Positions 1-9,038 of a stretch of 64,000 nucleotides of DNA are shown here, one piece after another (positions within the stretch are counted from its first letter, which is position 1; the number at the start of each line of letters is the position of its first letter). The stretch is from positions 21,215 through 85,214 of the forward strand of contig CAJXOB010000001.1 of the NCBI GenBank assembly GCA_913057955.1. Reading direction: 5' to 3'. Under the pieces are notes generated by a model, which worked only from the letters and a program-made list of their open reading frames with translations, searched no databases and was not told the origin of the DNA. A program made the translations under genes and the position numbers. This DNA is from an uncultured Gammaproteobacteria bacterium (lineage in GTDB: Bacteria > Pseudomonadota > Gammaproteobacteria > PS1 > Pseudothioglobaceae).

Positions 1-590
1 GGCATGTCCATTAGTCTCATCTCTGGAGCCTTCATATTAAGAACAGTAGCAATAATGTTAATCGCTCCCATAATTGAAGAAAATCCTAGCAAATGAACTG
101 CAAAAATGAAAAAATCAGTTGAGTCTGGAGCAAACGTCGTTGAAAGTGGCGCATAGAATGTCCAACCAAAAGCCGGCGCTCCACCTTCCATAAAGAACGT
201 GCTCAAAAGAATTGCGCCTGCAAAAGGCAAGATCCAAAAGCTCCAGTTATTCATTCTAGGTAAGGCCATATCAGGCGCTCCTACCATCATAGGAATAAGC
301 CAGTTTGCCAAGCCAACAAAGGCAGGCATAATAGCTCCAAAAACCATGATTAGTCCATGCATTGTAGTCAGCTGGTTGTAAAACTGTGGTTCAAATAATT
401 GCAAACCAGGCTGCAAAAGCTCTGCTCGAATACCCATCGCAAGTGCTCCGCCTATAAGAAGCATTGAAAATGCAAACCACATATATAGCGTTCCAATATC
501 TTTGTGATTGGTTGTTTTAACCCACCTAAGAAGTCCTTTTTCAGGGCCGTGACCGTGGTCGTCGTATGCTGCCGTTGTAGTTGAGCTCAT
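1..590 (-). CDS. coxA: cytochrome c oxidase (aa3-type) subunit I, 5' part only; the gene continues past the left edge
   Basis: Not in the ORF track because there is no stop in the window. Hand translation of the minus strand from the ATG at 590-588 gives [41 protein letters not shown]...[44 protein letters not shown], the canonical CoxI N-terminus. It starts 15 nt after the coxB stop. Confidence 0.9.
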   Translation of the reverse strand, partial: MSSTTTAAYDDHGHGPEKGLLRWVKTTNHKDIGTLYMWFAFSMLLIGGALAMGIRAELLQPGLQLFEPQFYNQLTTMHGLIMVFGAIMPAFVGLANWLIPMMVGAPDMALPRMNNWSFWILPFAGAILLSTFFMEGGAPAFGWTFYAPLSTTFAPDSTDFFIFAVHLLGFSSIMGAINIIATVLNMKAPEMRLMDM

Positions 591-605
591 GTGTTTCTCC
601 TTAAA

Positions 606-1727
606 TTAACGTGCAGATGTAACATCTGATGGTTGAACAACTGATCCATTGTTACCAAAAGACCTTCTTTCGTAAGTAATAACCGACGCAAGGTCTGAAT
701 CACTCAACATCTTAAATGCGGGCATTCCGCCCATACCATTTATAACCAGATTAAGTTGATAATCCGCTGGACCATTCGTTACTTCAGATCCTACCATTGC
801 TGGGAACACTCCTGGAATACCTGTACCATCCTTTTGATGACAGCCAGAACAGTTGGCGTTGTAAACTACTTCGCCTCTAGCAACAAGGTCTGCCTCAGTC
901 CAAACTTGGGTTGCACTTTCCATTTCTGCAACTTTTTCTTCTTGCTGAGTTTGAACCCAAGCAGCGTAATCTGCCTTAGAAACAACGTCAACAACAATTG
1001 GCATAAAGCCATGATCTTTTCCACAAAGTTCAGCGCACTGGCCTCTGTAAGTTCCAATTTCATTCGGCTTTGCCCATGCATCATTAATAAATCCAGGATT
1101 CGCATCCTGCTTAAGGCCAAAAGCCGGAACCCACCAGTTATGAATAACATCGTTTGATGTAATCAAAAAACGAATCGTAGTGTCTACTGGAACGACTAGG
1201 TGTTTGTCAACAGATCGAAGGTAGCTCCCCTCTTCATGAACAGCTTCACGCTCTTCAGGAGTCCCCTTAATAACGTCTCTAGAAGACTGTGCAAGGTTTG
1301 AAACAAAACTAATTCCTTCTTCAGGATAGTCATATTGCCACTTCCACTGCATTCCTGTAACCTTAATTGTCATATCTGCCTTGTCCAGAACTTCAATATC
1401 AATAAGAGTCTTTGAAGCTGGAATAGCCATTGCAATTAGAATCAAAATTGGAATTCCTGTCCATAAAAACTCTACTGTTGTGCTCTCATGAAAGTGCGCT
1501 GCTTTAGCTCCCTTTGATTTCCTGTGTGCAATAATTGAATAAAACATTGCTCCAAAGACCACAACACCAATAGCAACACAAACCCAGAACACCATCATAT
1601 GCAGGTTCCAAATATCGTTACTAATATCTGTAACGCCTTTGGTCATATTGAGCGTGTATTCTGCCAAGACAGTCTTAGAACTCAGAAGTGCGACAAATGC
1701 GCTAGTAAGTGTGAACAATAGTTTCAT
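606..1727 (-). CDS. coxB: cytochrome c oxidase subunit II with fused C-terminal cytochrome c domain
   Basis: 373 aa. It has a signal peptide plus two TM helices, the CuA site CAELCGKDHGFM and a C-terminal haem-c motif CSGCH. It lies directly upstream of coxA. Confidence 0.92.
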   Translation of the reverse strand: MKLLFTLTSAFVALLSSKTVLAEYTLNMTKGVTDISNDIWNLHMMVFWVCVAIGVVVFGAMFYSIIAHRKSKGAKAAHFHESTTVEFLWTGIPILILIAMAIPASKTLIDIEVLDKADMTIKVTGMQWKWQYDYPEEGISFVSNLAQSSRDVIKGTPEEREAVHEEGSYLRSVDKHLVVPVDTTIRFLITSNDVIHNWWVPAFGLKQDANPGFINDAWAKPNEIGTYRGQCAELCGKDHGFMPIVVDVVSKADYAAWVQTQQEEKVAEMESATQVWTEADLVARGEVVYNANCSGCHQKDGTGIPGVFPAMVGSEVTNGPADYQLNLVINGMGGMPAFKMLSDSDLASVITYERRSFGNNGSVVQPSDVTSAR

Positions 1728-1985
1728 AGAATCTCCGAATGTAATCTTTGTTTAGCTATATCGTGAATAAAATATGTAATTCTTAAATATGCAATTTCGA
1801 TTATCAAATAAAAAATGCAATCAAATGATACCTGTTTATGGCCTTTTTACCAAGTAAAAATCCACCTTTATTCTCAATATTGATTGAACTTTTTTCATTG
1901 AGTATCTCGAGATTCAAAAAGAGCCTCTCTAGAGATTGAAAATGTTCATAAAAGGCTATATATATGATTTGAAAGTTAAAATTAA

Positions 1986-2005
1986 TTAACTTAACTTAAC
2001 TTAAC
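1986..2005. repeat. (TTAAC)x4 perfect pentanucleotide tandem repeat in the coxB/ctaA divergent intergenic region
   Basis: Read directly: ttaac ttaac ttaac ttaac at 1986-2005, preceded by attaa. A fifth TTAAC lies at 2016-2020. The repeat is about 55 nt upstream of the ctaA ATG. Confidence 0.9.
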
Positions 2006-2058
2006 TGTTCAAAATTTAACTTGGTTCCTTTAAAATAACCTTCTACTTAAATTACTTC

Positions 2059-3033
2059 ATGCCTATGTTTAATAAAACAATCAACCTTTCACTAATTCTA
2101 GCGCTTATAGTTGTTATTCTTGGGGCTTATACACGGCTTGCAGATGCTGGCTTAGGATGTCCTGACTGGCCAGGTTGTTACGGGGAGTTATTGGTTCCTG
2201 ATGTTATTTCGAGTGACTACGAAAGGCCTCTTGATGTTGGCAAAGCCTGGAAAGAAATGATTCACAGGTATGCAGCCTCCACACTTGGACTCTCAATACT
2301 TGTAATATTTTTGCTAGCGCTGTTTCGTAAAAATGAAATCAAGCAGTCTATTAAGCTGCCCACCGCTTTACTTTTATTGGTTGGCTTTCAGGGCGCTCTT
2401 GGAATGTGGACGGTTACTGAACAAGTTCATCCTGGCATAGTTACAATGCATTTATTTGGAGGGTTCTCAACAACCACTTTGTTGTTTTGGCTTTTTTTGA
2501 ACCAGCGTCCCACTACAAAAATTGGGCGACATGTTTTAAAACGACACAAGCTAATGCTTGTTGTTGTCACTGCTCTATTAATATTCCAAATTTTTCTTGG
2601 GGGATGGACAAGCACCAACTATGCAGCGTTGTCTTGTGGTGAATATTTTCCTACTTGTTTAGATCAAATGTGGCCTGATGATATGGACTTTAAGAACGCC
2701 TATTATTGGGGCGAGCTTGGGATAGACTATGAGTTTGGAGTATTAGAAAACCAGACTAGAACTGCAATTCAGATGGTTCATAGGGTTGGCGCATTAGTTG
2801 TTACTGCGGCGATATTAGGCTTATCTTTTGCCTTCAAAAACTACGTGACTTTTCAAAAAAATATCGTCGTAATTCTCGCCCTTTTAGGAGTACAGGTTGC
2901 CTTGGGAATTATAAATGTAGTCATGTCACTACCAATGTTTGCTGCTGTAATGCATAACGCAGTTGCGCTTGGACTGTTACTAAGCCTCGTAAGTCTTGCA
3001 CACAAAATATTTAGTCAACAGCCTGGCTCCTAG
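2059..3033 (+). CDS. ctaA: haem A synthase (COX15/CtaA family)
   Basis: 324 aa polytopic membrane protein. It carries the N-terminal GCPDWPGCYG motif typical of COX15/CtaA and conserved His residues in TM helices. It sits in the cox assembly neighbourhood. Confidence 0.85.
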   Translation: MPMFNKTINLSLILALIVVILGAYTRLADAGLGCPDWPGCYGELLVPDVISSDYERPLDVGKAWKEMIHRYAASTLGLSILVIFLLALFRKNEIKQSIKLPTALLLLVGFQGALGMWTVTEQVHPGIVTMHLFGGFSTTTLLFWLFLNQRPTTKIGRHVLKRHKLMLVVVTALLIFQIFLGGWTSTNYAALSCGEYFPTCLDQMWPDDMDFKNAYYWGELGIDYEFGVLENQTRTAIQMVHRVGALVVTAAILGLSFAFKNYVTFQKNIVVILALLGVQVALGIINVVMSLPMFAAVMHNAVALGLLLSLVSLAHKIFSQQPGS

Positions 3034-3034
3034 T

Positions 3035-3745
3035 ATGAATAAAACAGCTCAAATATCCTTACTTCTTCTGGTTGCAATTGTGGCAGTTGCTACTTATATT
3101 TATGTTGGGGGCAAGCCAAATATGCAAGAGCTCAAAAAGTCTGTTGCTCCGGCGGCGTCTTTATACCCTGAGGCAAAGTCTGTTTCAGATATGCTCAACT
3201 TTATTAATGACGAGTCAATAGACACGCACTTATCAGAGGCGTCTAAAGGAAGATGGGCGCTATTATATTTTGGCTACACATCCTGTCCAGATGTTTGCCC
3301 AATAGACCTTTCAAAAATTAATCTTACCTACCAAATGATGGAGAACCAAGAGAAACTTCAGGTTGTCTTTATTTCGGTAGACCCTATGCGTGATATTGGT
3401 AAACTTGATCAGTTTGCAAGCGCCTTTAACCCTTCATTTTTAGGTTTGACGGCTCATCAGAAAGATCTAATGGCGATTAGTAGATCATTAGGCGTTTATC
3501 ATGAGGTAGTTGAATCGCAAAAATTAGCGCAGGAAGATCATAGCGACCACGACTCTGATGGTGGGCACTCTTCAGACTCTGAAGTAAAAGATAGCGACAA
3601 CAAAACTGCGCACTATGACATTGATCATACAAGCAGTTATTTGCTTTTTAATCCAGAGTTAAAGCTTACGGCTCTTTTGACAAGCCCCCATGAACCTGGT
3701 GCAATGGCGCAAGCGATTGATAAAATTATTGAAAATCTAAGGTAG
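3035..3745 (+). CDS. SCO1/SenC copper chaperone (thioredoxin fold)
   Basis: Contains YFGYTSCPDVCP (the CxxxC copper site) and a downstream YDIDHTSSYLLF motif (His ligand). I prefer the ATG at 3035 (MNKTAQISLLLLV, TM anchor), 1 nt after the ctaA stop, over the 2996 ORF-track start, which lies inside ctaA. Confidence 0.85.
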   Translation: MNKTAQISLLLLVAIVAVATYIYVGGKPNMQELKKSVAPAASLYPEAKSVSDMLNFINDESIDTHLSEASKGRWALLYFGYTSCPDVCPIDLSKINLTYQMMENQEKLQVVFISVDPMRDIGKLDQFASAFNPSFLGLTAHQKDLMAISRSLGVYHEVVESQKLAQEDHSDHDSDGGHSSDSEVKDSDNKTAHYDIDHTSSYLLFNPELKLTALLTSPHEPGAMAQAIDKIIENLR

Positions 3746-3928
3746 GACAAGCCTAACTGCAAACAGAATAGTTCCAATAAAAAGCGTCGTCATAATTATT
3801 CCAACAAATATATAGGGCCAAGGGCCTGTCTTCTCTGTTGACTCAAAATCTTTAGCTAGATTTTTCTTTTTCCCAACACCAATCATTGCTGACGCTACTG
3901 CCTTAAAAACTTGGAGCAAAGAGCTCAT
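3737..3928 (-). CDS. small membrane protein, DUF2970-like
   Basis: 63 aa, immediately downstream of ctaB with a 2-nt gap. The pattern AMIGVGKKKNLAKDF...PWPYIFVGII plus one TM helix resembles the DUF2970 family often linked to cyoE/ctaB. The family assignment is from memory. Confidence 0.5.
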   Translation of the reverse strand: MSSLLQVFKAVASAMIGVGKKKNLAKDFESTEKTGPWPYIFVGIIMTTLFIGTILFAVRLVLP

Positions 3929-3930
3929 TA

Positions 3931-4827
3931 CTATGAAGAGATCCCAAAGGTCATCAAAAGATAGTGATCAAGCAACAGAGCTAGAAATAAAACCATTAAA
4001 TAATTGATCGAAAACTTAAAGGTTTTAAAGGCAATTTTTGGGTTTTCTGGCTCCATAAAAATCTTGATTGAGTAGCCTAAAAATAAAGCACCTAGGGTCG
4101 CCGCACAAATCAAATAGATTACGCCGCTCATTCCGGTGAGGTAAGGCAACAGAGCAACCAGAAACAAGAGCACTGTGTATAAAAGAATCTGTACCCGAGT
4201 AAACTGAAGACCATGGGTAACAGGCAGCATTGGTATTTCAGCTTTTTTATACTCATCTCGCCTATGAATCGCTAACGCCCAAAAATGAGGGGGCGTCCAA
4301 ATAAAAACGATTAAAAAAAGCAACAGCGCGTACTCAATGCCCTGAGATCCTGCGACCGAGGTCCACCCAAGCACTGGAGGTGCTGCTCCTGCAGCACCTC
4401 CAATAACTATATTTTGAGGCGTTGCTCTCTTGAGATACATCGTATAAAAAACAGCGTAGCCGATTAAAGAAAGAAGCGTCAAAGCTGCGGTCAATAAATT
4501 TACAAAAATTACCAAAAGTGAAATGCCCACAACGCCTAAAAACACGCCCCATATCAAAGCCTGCTTCCTTGTTACCTTGCCTTGAGGTAGAGGCCGACGG
4601 TCGGTACGAGACATTTTTGTGTCGATTTTTTCATCCACTACGTGGTTAAAAACTGCAGCGGACATTGCAGCCAATGAAATTCCTGCAGACGCCACAACTA
4701 TTAGAAACAGGTTGGGCAGATATGGAACCGCCAACAGCATCCCAACAACTGCTGTAAGTAAGATGAGCGAGACAACTTTTAGCTTACAAAGGCCTAAAAG
4801 ATCTTTAATAGAGGGGAGGTTTGTCAT
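3931..4827 (-). CDS. ctaB: protohaem IX farnesyltransferase (haem O synthase)
   Basis: 298 aa UbiA-family membrane protein. It carries NHVVDEKIDTKMSRTDRRPLPQG, the N..D...D..M.RT..RP prenyltransferase motif. Confidence 0.9.
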   Translation of the reverse strand: MTNLPSIKDLLGLCKLKVVSLILLTAVVGMLLAVPYLPNLFLIVVASAGISLAAMSAAVFNHVVDEKIDTKMSRTDRRPLPQGKVTRKQALIWGVFLGVVGISLLVIFVNLLTAALTLLSLIGYAVFYTMYLKRATPQNIVIGGAAGAAPPVLGWTSVAGSQGIEYALLLFLIVFIWTPPHFWALAIHRRDEYKKAEIPMLPVTHGLQFTRVQILLYTVLLFLVALLPYLTGMSGVIYLICAATLGALFLGYSIKIFMEPENPKIAFKTFKFSINYLMVLFLALLLDHYLLMTFGISS

Positions 4828-5363
4828 TATCCTATCCTAGAATATTTAAGAAGGCGCTTAAGGTCCTTTAGCACAAACTTAATATTGATATCTTTTGAGT
4901 TGTAATACAGCATAAAGTTGCCAATTGGATCAATTAGAAAAATTGAGTTTTCTGGAAACTCTGCAAGCTTTTTAGCTAATTTTTTATTCGTAACTTTAGC
5001 TATGAGTAAGTTTTCATCATTAGTGCTGGGTAAAGAGCCATCTTCAGTAATCAGCATTCTTTGAATCCGGCGCATATCCATGTTTATAAGGGTACGTATG
5101 GTTTTTATATCAGCAACCGCCTGTTCACAAACACTATTGCAGGTCTTAGAAACATACGCAAGCGTCCAAAAACCATCAAAAGAGAAGTCGCCATCAATAT
5201 CAACATCCATCTTTTCAGTTGTTATGACGGGTCTAACCAGCTCGCCATAGTTCACTGTGTTCTGACTAAAATAGCTTGGGTTCAAATAAAAAAACAAAGT
5301 GCCAAGCCCTATAGGCAAAATGAATATTGATAGCAATGCCCAAAAGTCTTTTTTTACTGTCAT
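4827..5363 (-). CDS. membrane-anchored SCO-like thioredoxin-fold protein, function unknown, cox-assembly associated
   Basis: 178 aa with an N-terminal TM helix. FWTLAYVSKTCNSVCEQ parallels the SCO motif W.L.YFGYT.CPDVCP, so the CxxxC is retained. FLIDPIGNFMLYY parallels the SCO C-terminal strand, but no His ligand precedes it. There is a 1-nt overlap with the ctaB start. Confidence 0.4.
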   Translation of the reverse strand: MTVKKDFWALLSIFILPIGLGTLFFYLNPSYFSQNTVNYGELVRPVITTEKMDVDIDGDFSFDGFWTLAYVSKTCNSVCEQAVADIKTIRTLINMDMRRIQRMLITEDGSLPSTNDENLLIAKVTNKKLAKKLAEFPENSIFLIDPIGNFMLYYNSKDINIKFVLKDLKRLLKYSRIG

Positions 5364-5377
5364 GTATTCCCTAGAAT

Positions 5378-5398
5378 CAAAACTGCGTAATGATACGC
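5378..5398 (-). terminator. weak hairpin plus short U-run after hisF
   Basis: The minus-strand RNA reads GCGUA-UCAU-UACGC followed by AGUUUUGAUU. The stem is only 5 bp and the U-tract is short. Confidence 0.25.
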
Positions 5399-5422
5399 TG
5401 ATGGGTTTAAAAACTCAACCAG

Positions 5423-6196
5423 CTAAAGCCTAACTTCTATACCGTTTTCTTGCATTGATTTTTTAGCTTCATCAACTGTATATTCTCCAAAATGAAAGAT
5501 GCTTGCTGCGAGAACTGCGTCTGCCCCGCCATCAAGAATGCCCTCGGATAAGTGAGACAGATTGCCAACACCGCCCGAAGCTATCAAAGGAACATCAATT
5601 GCCTCAGATACGGCCTTAGTAAGCTCAAGATCAAACCCGTCTTTCGTGCCGTCCCTGTCCATGGAGGTAAGAAGAACTTCACCAGCGCCGTTGTCTCCCT
5701 TTGTCATTTTTATAGCCCAATCTATTGCGTCAATACCTGTCGGCTTTCGCCCTCCATGCGTAAAAATTTCCCATTTAGGCGGGGTATCAGACACTCGCTT
5801 CGCATCAATAGCTATGACGATGCATTGAGAGCCAAAAATACTGCAAAGCTCGTTTATAAGATCGGGGTTAAAAATGGCTGCAGAGTTAACTGCCACCTTG
5901 TCAGCACCGGCCTTTAGCATTGATCGAACATCGTCAGCCTTACGAATTCCGCCGCCAACGGTAAGGGGAATAAAGACCTGCTCAGCGATCTTCTCAACCA
6001 TTTCTATAGTGGTATTTCTTCCTTCATGTGAGGCTGTAATATCAAGAAACGTAATCTCGTCAGCACCCTCATTATCATAGCGCTTTGCAACTTCGACGGG
6101 ATCACCCGCGTCCTTTATGTCAATAAATTTAACGCCTTTGACAACCCTTCCGTCACGGACATCTAGGCATGGGATTATTCTTTTTGCTAAGCTCAT
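5423..6196 (-). CDS. hisF: imidazole glycerol phosphate synthase, cyclase subunit
   Basis: 257 aa. [24 protein letters not shown] and the (beta/alpha)8 phosphate-binding GGGIR/SGGVG motifs are characteristic. Confidence 0.95.
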   Translation of the reverse strand: MSLAKRIIPCLDVRDGRVVKGVKFIDIKDAGDPVEVAKRYDNEGADEITFLDITASHEGRNTTIEMVEKIAEQVFIPLTVGGGIRKADDVRSMLKAGADKVAVNSAAIFNPDLINELCSIFGSQCIVIAIDAKRVSDTPPKWEIFTHGGRKPTGIDAIDWAIKMTKGDNGAGEVLLTSMDRDGTKDGFDLELTKAVSEAIDVPLIASGGVGNLSHLSEGILDGGADAVLAASIFHFGEYTVDEAKKSMQENGIEVRL

Positions 6197-6321
6197 AAAA
6201 TGATTTTACCGCATAAAGCTTGTCATATTTTGAATCGAGCTTTATTATTGATATGCACTAACTTGATCGAGGTGCACTTTACATTAAGCCCTAAAGCCCC
6301 TAATAGGTATAATTGCGCTCC

Positions 6322-7068
6322 ATGACTGAAAAAAACTCAGCGACTTTAAGCGACAAACAATTAGTGCCTCAGCATATAGCGATCATTATGGATGGTAATG
6401 GAAGGTGGGCAAAGTCAAAGCACCTTCCTCGCTCAAGCGGGCACCAAAAAGGCGTTCAAAGCGTTAGAAGGGTGGTGAAACATTGCGCTAGACTCGGTGT
6501 TAACACTTTAACTCTTTTTGCATTTAGCAGTGAAAACTTGAACCGGTCTAACGAGGAGGTTGGCCTTCTATTCAAGCTTTTTTTAACTGTTTTAAAAAAT
6601 GAAACAAAAAAATTAAAAGACAACAATATTAAGCTCAAAATTATTGGCGATCTTTCCGTATTTACTCCTGAAATACAAAGGCTGGCGAATGATGCAGAAA
6701 ATCAGCTTGCGAGCAATGATGGCCTCAATCTTGTAGTCGCTGCTAACTATAGTGGCCAATGGGACATTGCTGAGTCCGCCAAAAAAATTGCAGTTAGGTC
6801 CCTAAAGGGGGAAATTAGTCCAGAAAAAATTGATATAGCACTTTTCCAGGAGCATACTTCTTTAGCTGAACATCCAAAGGTAGACTTGTTAATTCGAACG
6901 AGTGGCGAAATAAGAATAAGCAACTTCTTGCTATGGGATATTGCTTATAGCGAGCTTTACTTTACCAAAACATTGTGGCCAGATTTTGATGAAAGTGAGC
7001 TTGATCTGGCTATAGAAAGCTTCCACTCTAGGGAGCGCCGCTTCGGGGAGCGAAACGGTGAAAAATAA
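6322..7068 (+). CDS. uppS: di-trans,poly-cis-undecaprenyl-diphosphate synthase
   Basis: Carries HIAIIMDGNGRWA and the RTSGE.R.SNFLLW motifs. The ATG at 6322 is preferred over the TTG at 6313. Confidence 0.93.
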   Translation: MTEKNSATLSDKQLVPQHIAIIMDGNGRWAKSKHLPRSSGHQKGVQSVRRVVKHCARLGVNTLTLFAFSSENLNRSNEEVGLLFKLFLTVLKNETKKLKDNNIKLKIIGDLSVFTPEIQRLANDAENQLASNDGLNLVVAANYSGQWDIAESAKKIAVRSLKGEISPEKIDIALFQEHTSLAEHPKVDLLIRTSGEIRISNFLLWDIAYSELYFTKTLWPDFDESELDLAIESFHSRERRFGERNGEK

Positions 7069-7874
7069 TGCTTCTTAAGAGAATTTTAACGGCTTCTATC
7101 ATAGCGCCAATTGTGGTTTTTGGTGTCTTGGCATTATCTCAAACTGGATTTGAATTATCTCTTGCCTTAATTCTTATTGTTGGTTCTTGGGAGTATTGCA
7201 ACCTAATTCAAATAAACCATTTGATCGGCAAAGCTCTTTATGCTTCAGTTGTATTGATAGTAACTTATTTTTTAAATATTGAGCCCTCCAGTTTAACTAT
7301 AGTTCTATATGCCGCTGCGATTTGGTGGCTAGTTGCCTTAGTCTGGGTCGTTATGTATCCAAAAGGCTCTAGGTTGTTAAGTAAGGCCTTGTTAATTAAA
7401 TTAATTAATGGCCTGTTTCTTTTTGTGCCTATGGCTATTTCTTTGATATCACTTCATTTGCAAGATAGGGCATTAGTTTTATTTCTTTTGATTTTAATCT
7501 GGGCAGCGGATATTGGCGCTTATTTTGCAGGTAAGTTTTTTGGTAAAAACAAATTATGCCCAAGGGTTAGTCCTGGCAAAACACGCGAGGGGGTTTATGG
7601 TGGAGTCGTCCTATCACAGGTCGCTGCCATTTCATTCGTATATGTTTCAATTCAAACTCCGTCATTAAATGATTTTCTTATATTTTGCTTTTTAGCTCTA
7701 GTGGTTTCAATTGTATCCGTTCTTGGGGATTTGTTTGAAAGTGTTTTAAAGCGTATTGCGGAAGTAAAAGATAGTGGCAATATTCTCCCTGGGCACGGCG
7801 GATTGCTAGATAGAATAGACAGCCTAACATCGTCTGCCCCTATATTTTTTCTTTTGTTTATTTTTTTGGTATGA
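7068..7874 (+). CDS. cdsA: phosphatidate cytidylyltransferase
   Basis: 268 aa polytopic protein with the signature SVLKRIAEVKDSGNILPGHGGLLDRIDS. Its start overlaps the uppS stop (TAATG). Confidence 0.9.
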   Translation: MLLKRILTASIIAPIVVFGVLALSQTGFELSLALILIVGSWEYCNLIQINHLIGKALYASVVLIVTYFLNIEPSSLTIVLYAAAIWWLVALVWVVMYPKGSRLLSKALLIKLINGLFLFVPMAISLISLHLQDRALVLFLLILIWAADIGAYFAGKFFGKNKLCPRVSPGKTREGVYGGVVLSQVAAISFVYVSIQTPSLNDFLIFCFLALVVSIVSVLGDLFESVLKRIAEVKDSGNILPGHGGLLDRIDSLTSSAPIFFLLFIFLV

Positions 7875-9025
7875 AAAATATAGCCATCTTAGGGGCAACC
7901 GGCTCAATTGGAATTAACACACTAGATGTTCTGTCTCGCCATCCAGATAAATACAACGTTTTCGCACTAAGTGCGAATAACAACTGGGAAAAAATGCAAA
8001 AGCTGTGCGTTAAATATATGCCAGAATTTGCAGTTATGGCGAATGCAGATGCTGCTGAAAGCTTAAGAAAAGTTGTGCCTGATGAGGTTACGGTCCTTCA
8101 GGGTGAAGGTTCTTTGAATGATATAGCCTCTCATCAAAGAACAGATTTTGTAATGGCTGCAATAGTTGGAGGTGCTGGACTATCCTCTACCTTTGCGGCA
8201 GCGTCCTCAGGAAAAAGGGTTATGCTTGCCAACAAAGAGTCTTTGGTCTTGGGTGGCAACTTGCTAATTAATGCTGCCAAAATATCTGGCGCAGAACTAA
8301 TACCTGTAGACTCAGAACATAGCGCAATATTTCAATGTCTCCAAGGCGGCAAAGAAGGCCTCAATAAAATACAGTTAACTGCATCGGGCGGTCCTTTTTT
8401 GAAAACACCTTCTGCAGAGCTTTACAATGTCACCCCAAAACAAGCCTGTAATCACCCAAAATGGAAGATGGGTCGAAAGATATCAGTAGATTCTGCCACC
8501 TTGATGAACAAAGGCCTTGAGGTAATTGAAGCCCACTTTTTATTTCAACTTTTGCCTTCTAAAATCGAAGTAGTTATTCACCCTCAAAGCATTGTTCACT
8601 CGTTTGTTTACTTTGAGGATGGTAGTGTTTTGTCACAACTAGGCCTGCCGGATATGAGAAGCGCAATATCCTATGCGCTGTCCTTCCCAAGCCGGCAAAC
8701 TTCAGGCGTTGAAGACCTGGATCTCACCAAGCAAGCGCCCCTAGAATTTTTATCACCCGATATGGATAGATTCAAGTGCCTAGGTCTAGCTTATGAGGCC
8801 TTAGAGAAAGGAGGCAGCGCTCCTGGAACACTTAATGCCGCCAATGAGATTGCCGTAGAGGCTTTTTTAAATAAAAAAATAGGGTTTTTAGACATCGGCA
8901 CAACCATAGAAAAAACCTTAGCCATTACCCCTACTTCTAGCCTTGACACGCTTGTAAGTGTTGTGGAAAATGATCTTCTTTCTCGTCAAATAGCTCAGTC
9001 TGTTATTGAGCCGAGTCTTTTATAA
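7871..9025 (+). CDS. dxr: 1-deoxy-D-xylulose 5-phosphate reductoisomerase
   Basis: 384 aa with ILGATGSIG (NADPH binding), LANKESLV and NHPKWKMG motifs. The uppS-cdsA-dxr order is conserved synteny. Confidence 0.95.
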   Translation: MKNIAILGATGSIGINTLDVLSRHPDKYNVFALSANNNWEKMQKLCVKYMPEFAVMANADAAESLRKVVPDEVTVLQGEGSLNDIASHQRTDFVMAAIVGGAGLSSTFAAASSGKRVMLANKESLVLGGNLLINAAKISGAELIPVDSEHSAIFQCLQGGKEGLNKIQLTASGGPFLKTPSAELYNVTPKQACNHPKWKMGRKISVDSATLMNKGLEVIEAHFLFQLLPSKIEVVIHPQSIVHSFVYFEDGSVLSQLGLPDMRSAISYALSFPSRQTSGVEDLDLTKQAPLEFLSPDMDRFKCLGLAYEALEKGGSAPGTLNAANEIAVEAFLNKKIGFLDIGTTIEKTLAITPTSSLDTLVSVVENDLLSRQIAQSVIEPSLL

Positions 9026-9038
9026 CAACCTTCTATTA

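Noticed and set aside
756-1157. 133-aa plus-strand ORF (and the 94-aa minus-strand ORF at 866-1150) inside coxB
   Set aside because: Both lie entirely within the well-supported coxB frame or antisense to it. Their composition is low-complexity and Cys/Asn-rich, and they have no recognisable motifs. These are typical shadow ORFs of an AT-rich gene.
1728-2058. FNR/ANR box (TTGAT-N4-ATCAA) or another known oxygen-response operator in the coxB-ctaA spacer
   Set aside because: Several TTGAT and ATCAA half-sites occur, but none has the correct spacing, so there is no supportable call.
2996-3034. Longer N-terminal extensions offered by the ORF track: SCO1 from 2996, rpsB from 44090, the MORN protein from 62830, tpiA from 37230, uppS from 6313 and M23 from 9006
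   Set aside because: These starts are non-ATG, and they overlap the preceding gene or a neighbouring promoter or leader. Downstream ATGs give canonical N-termini, signal peptides or Shine-Dalgarno spacing.
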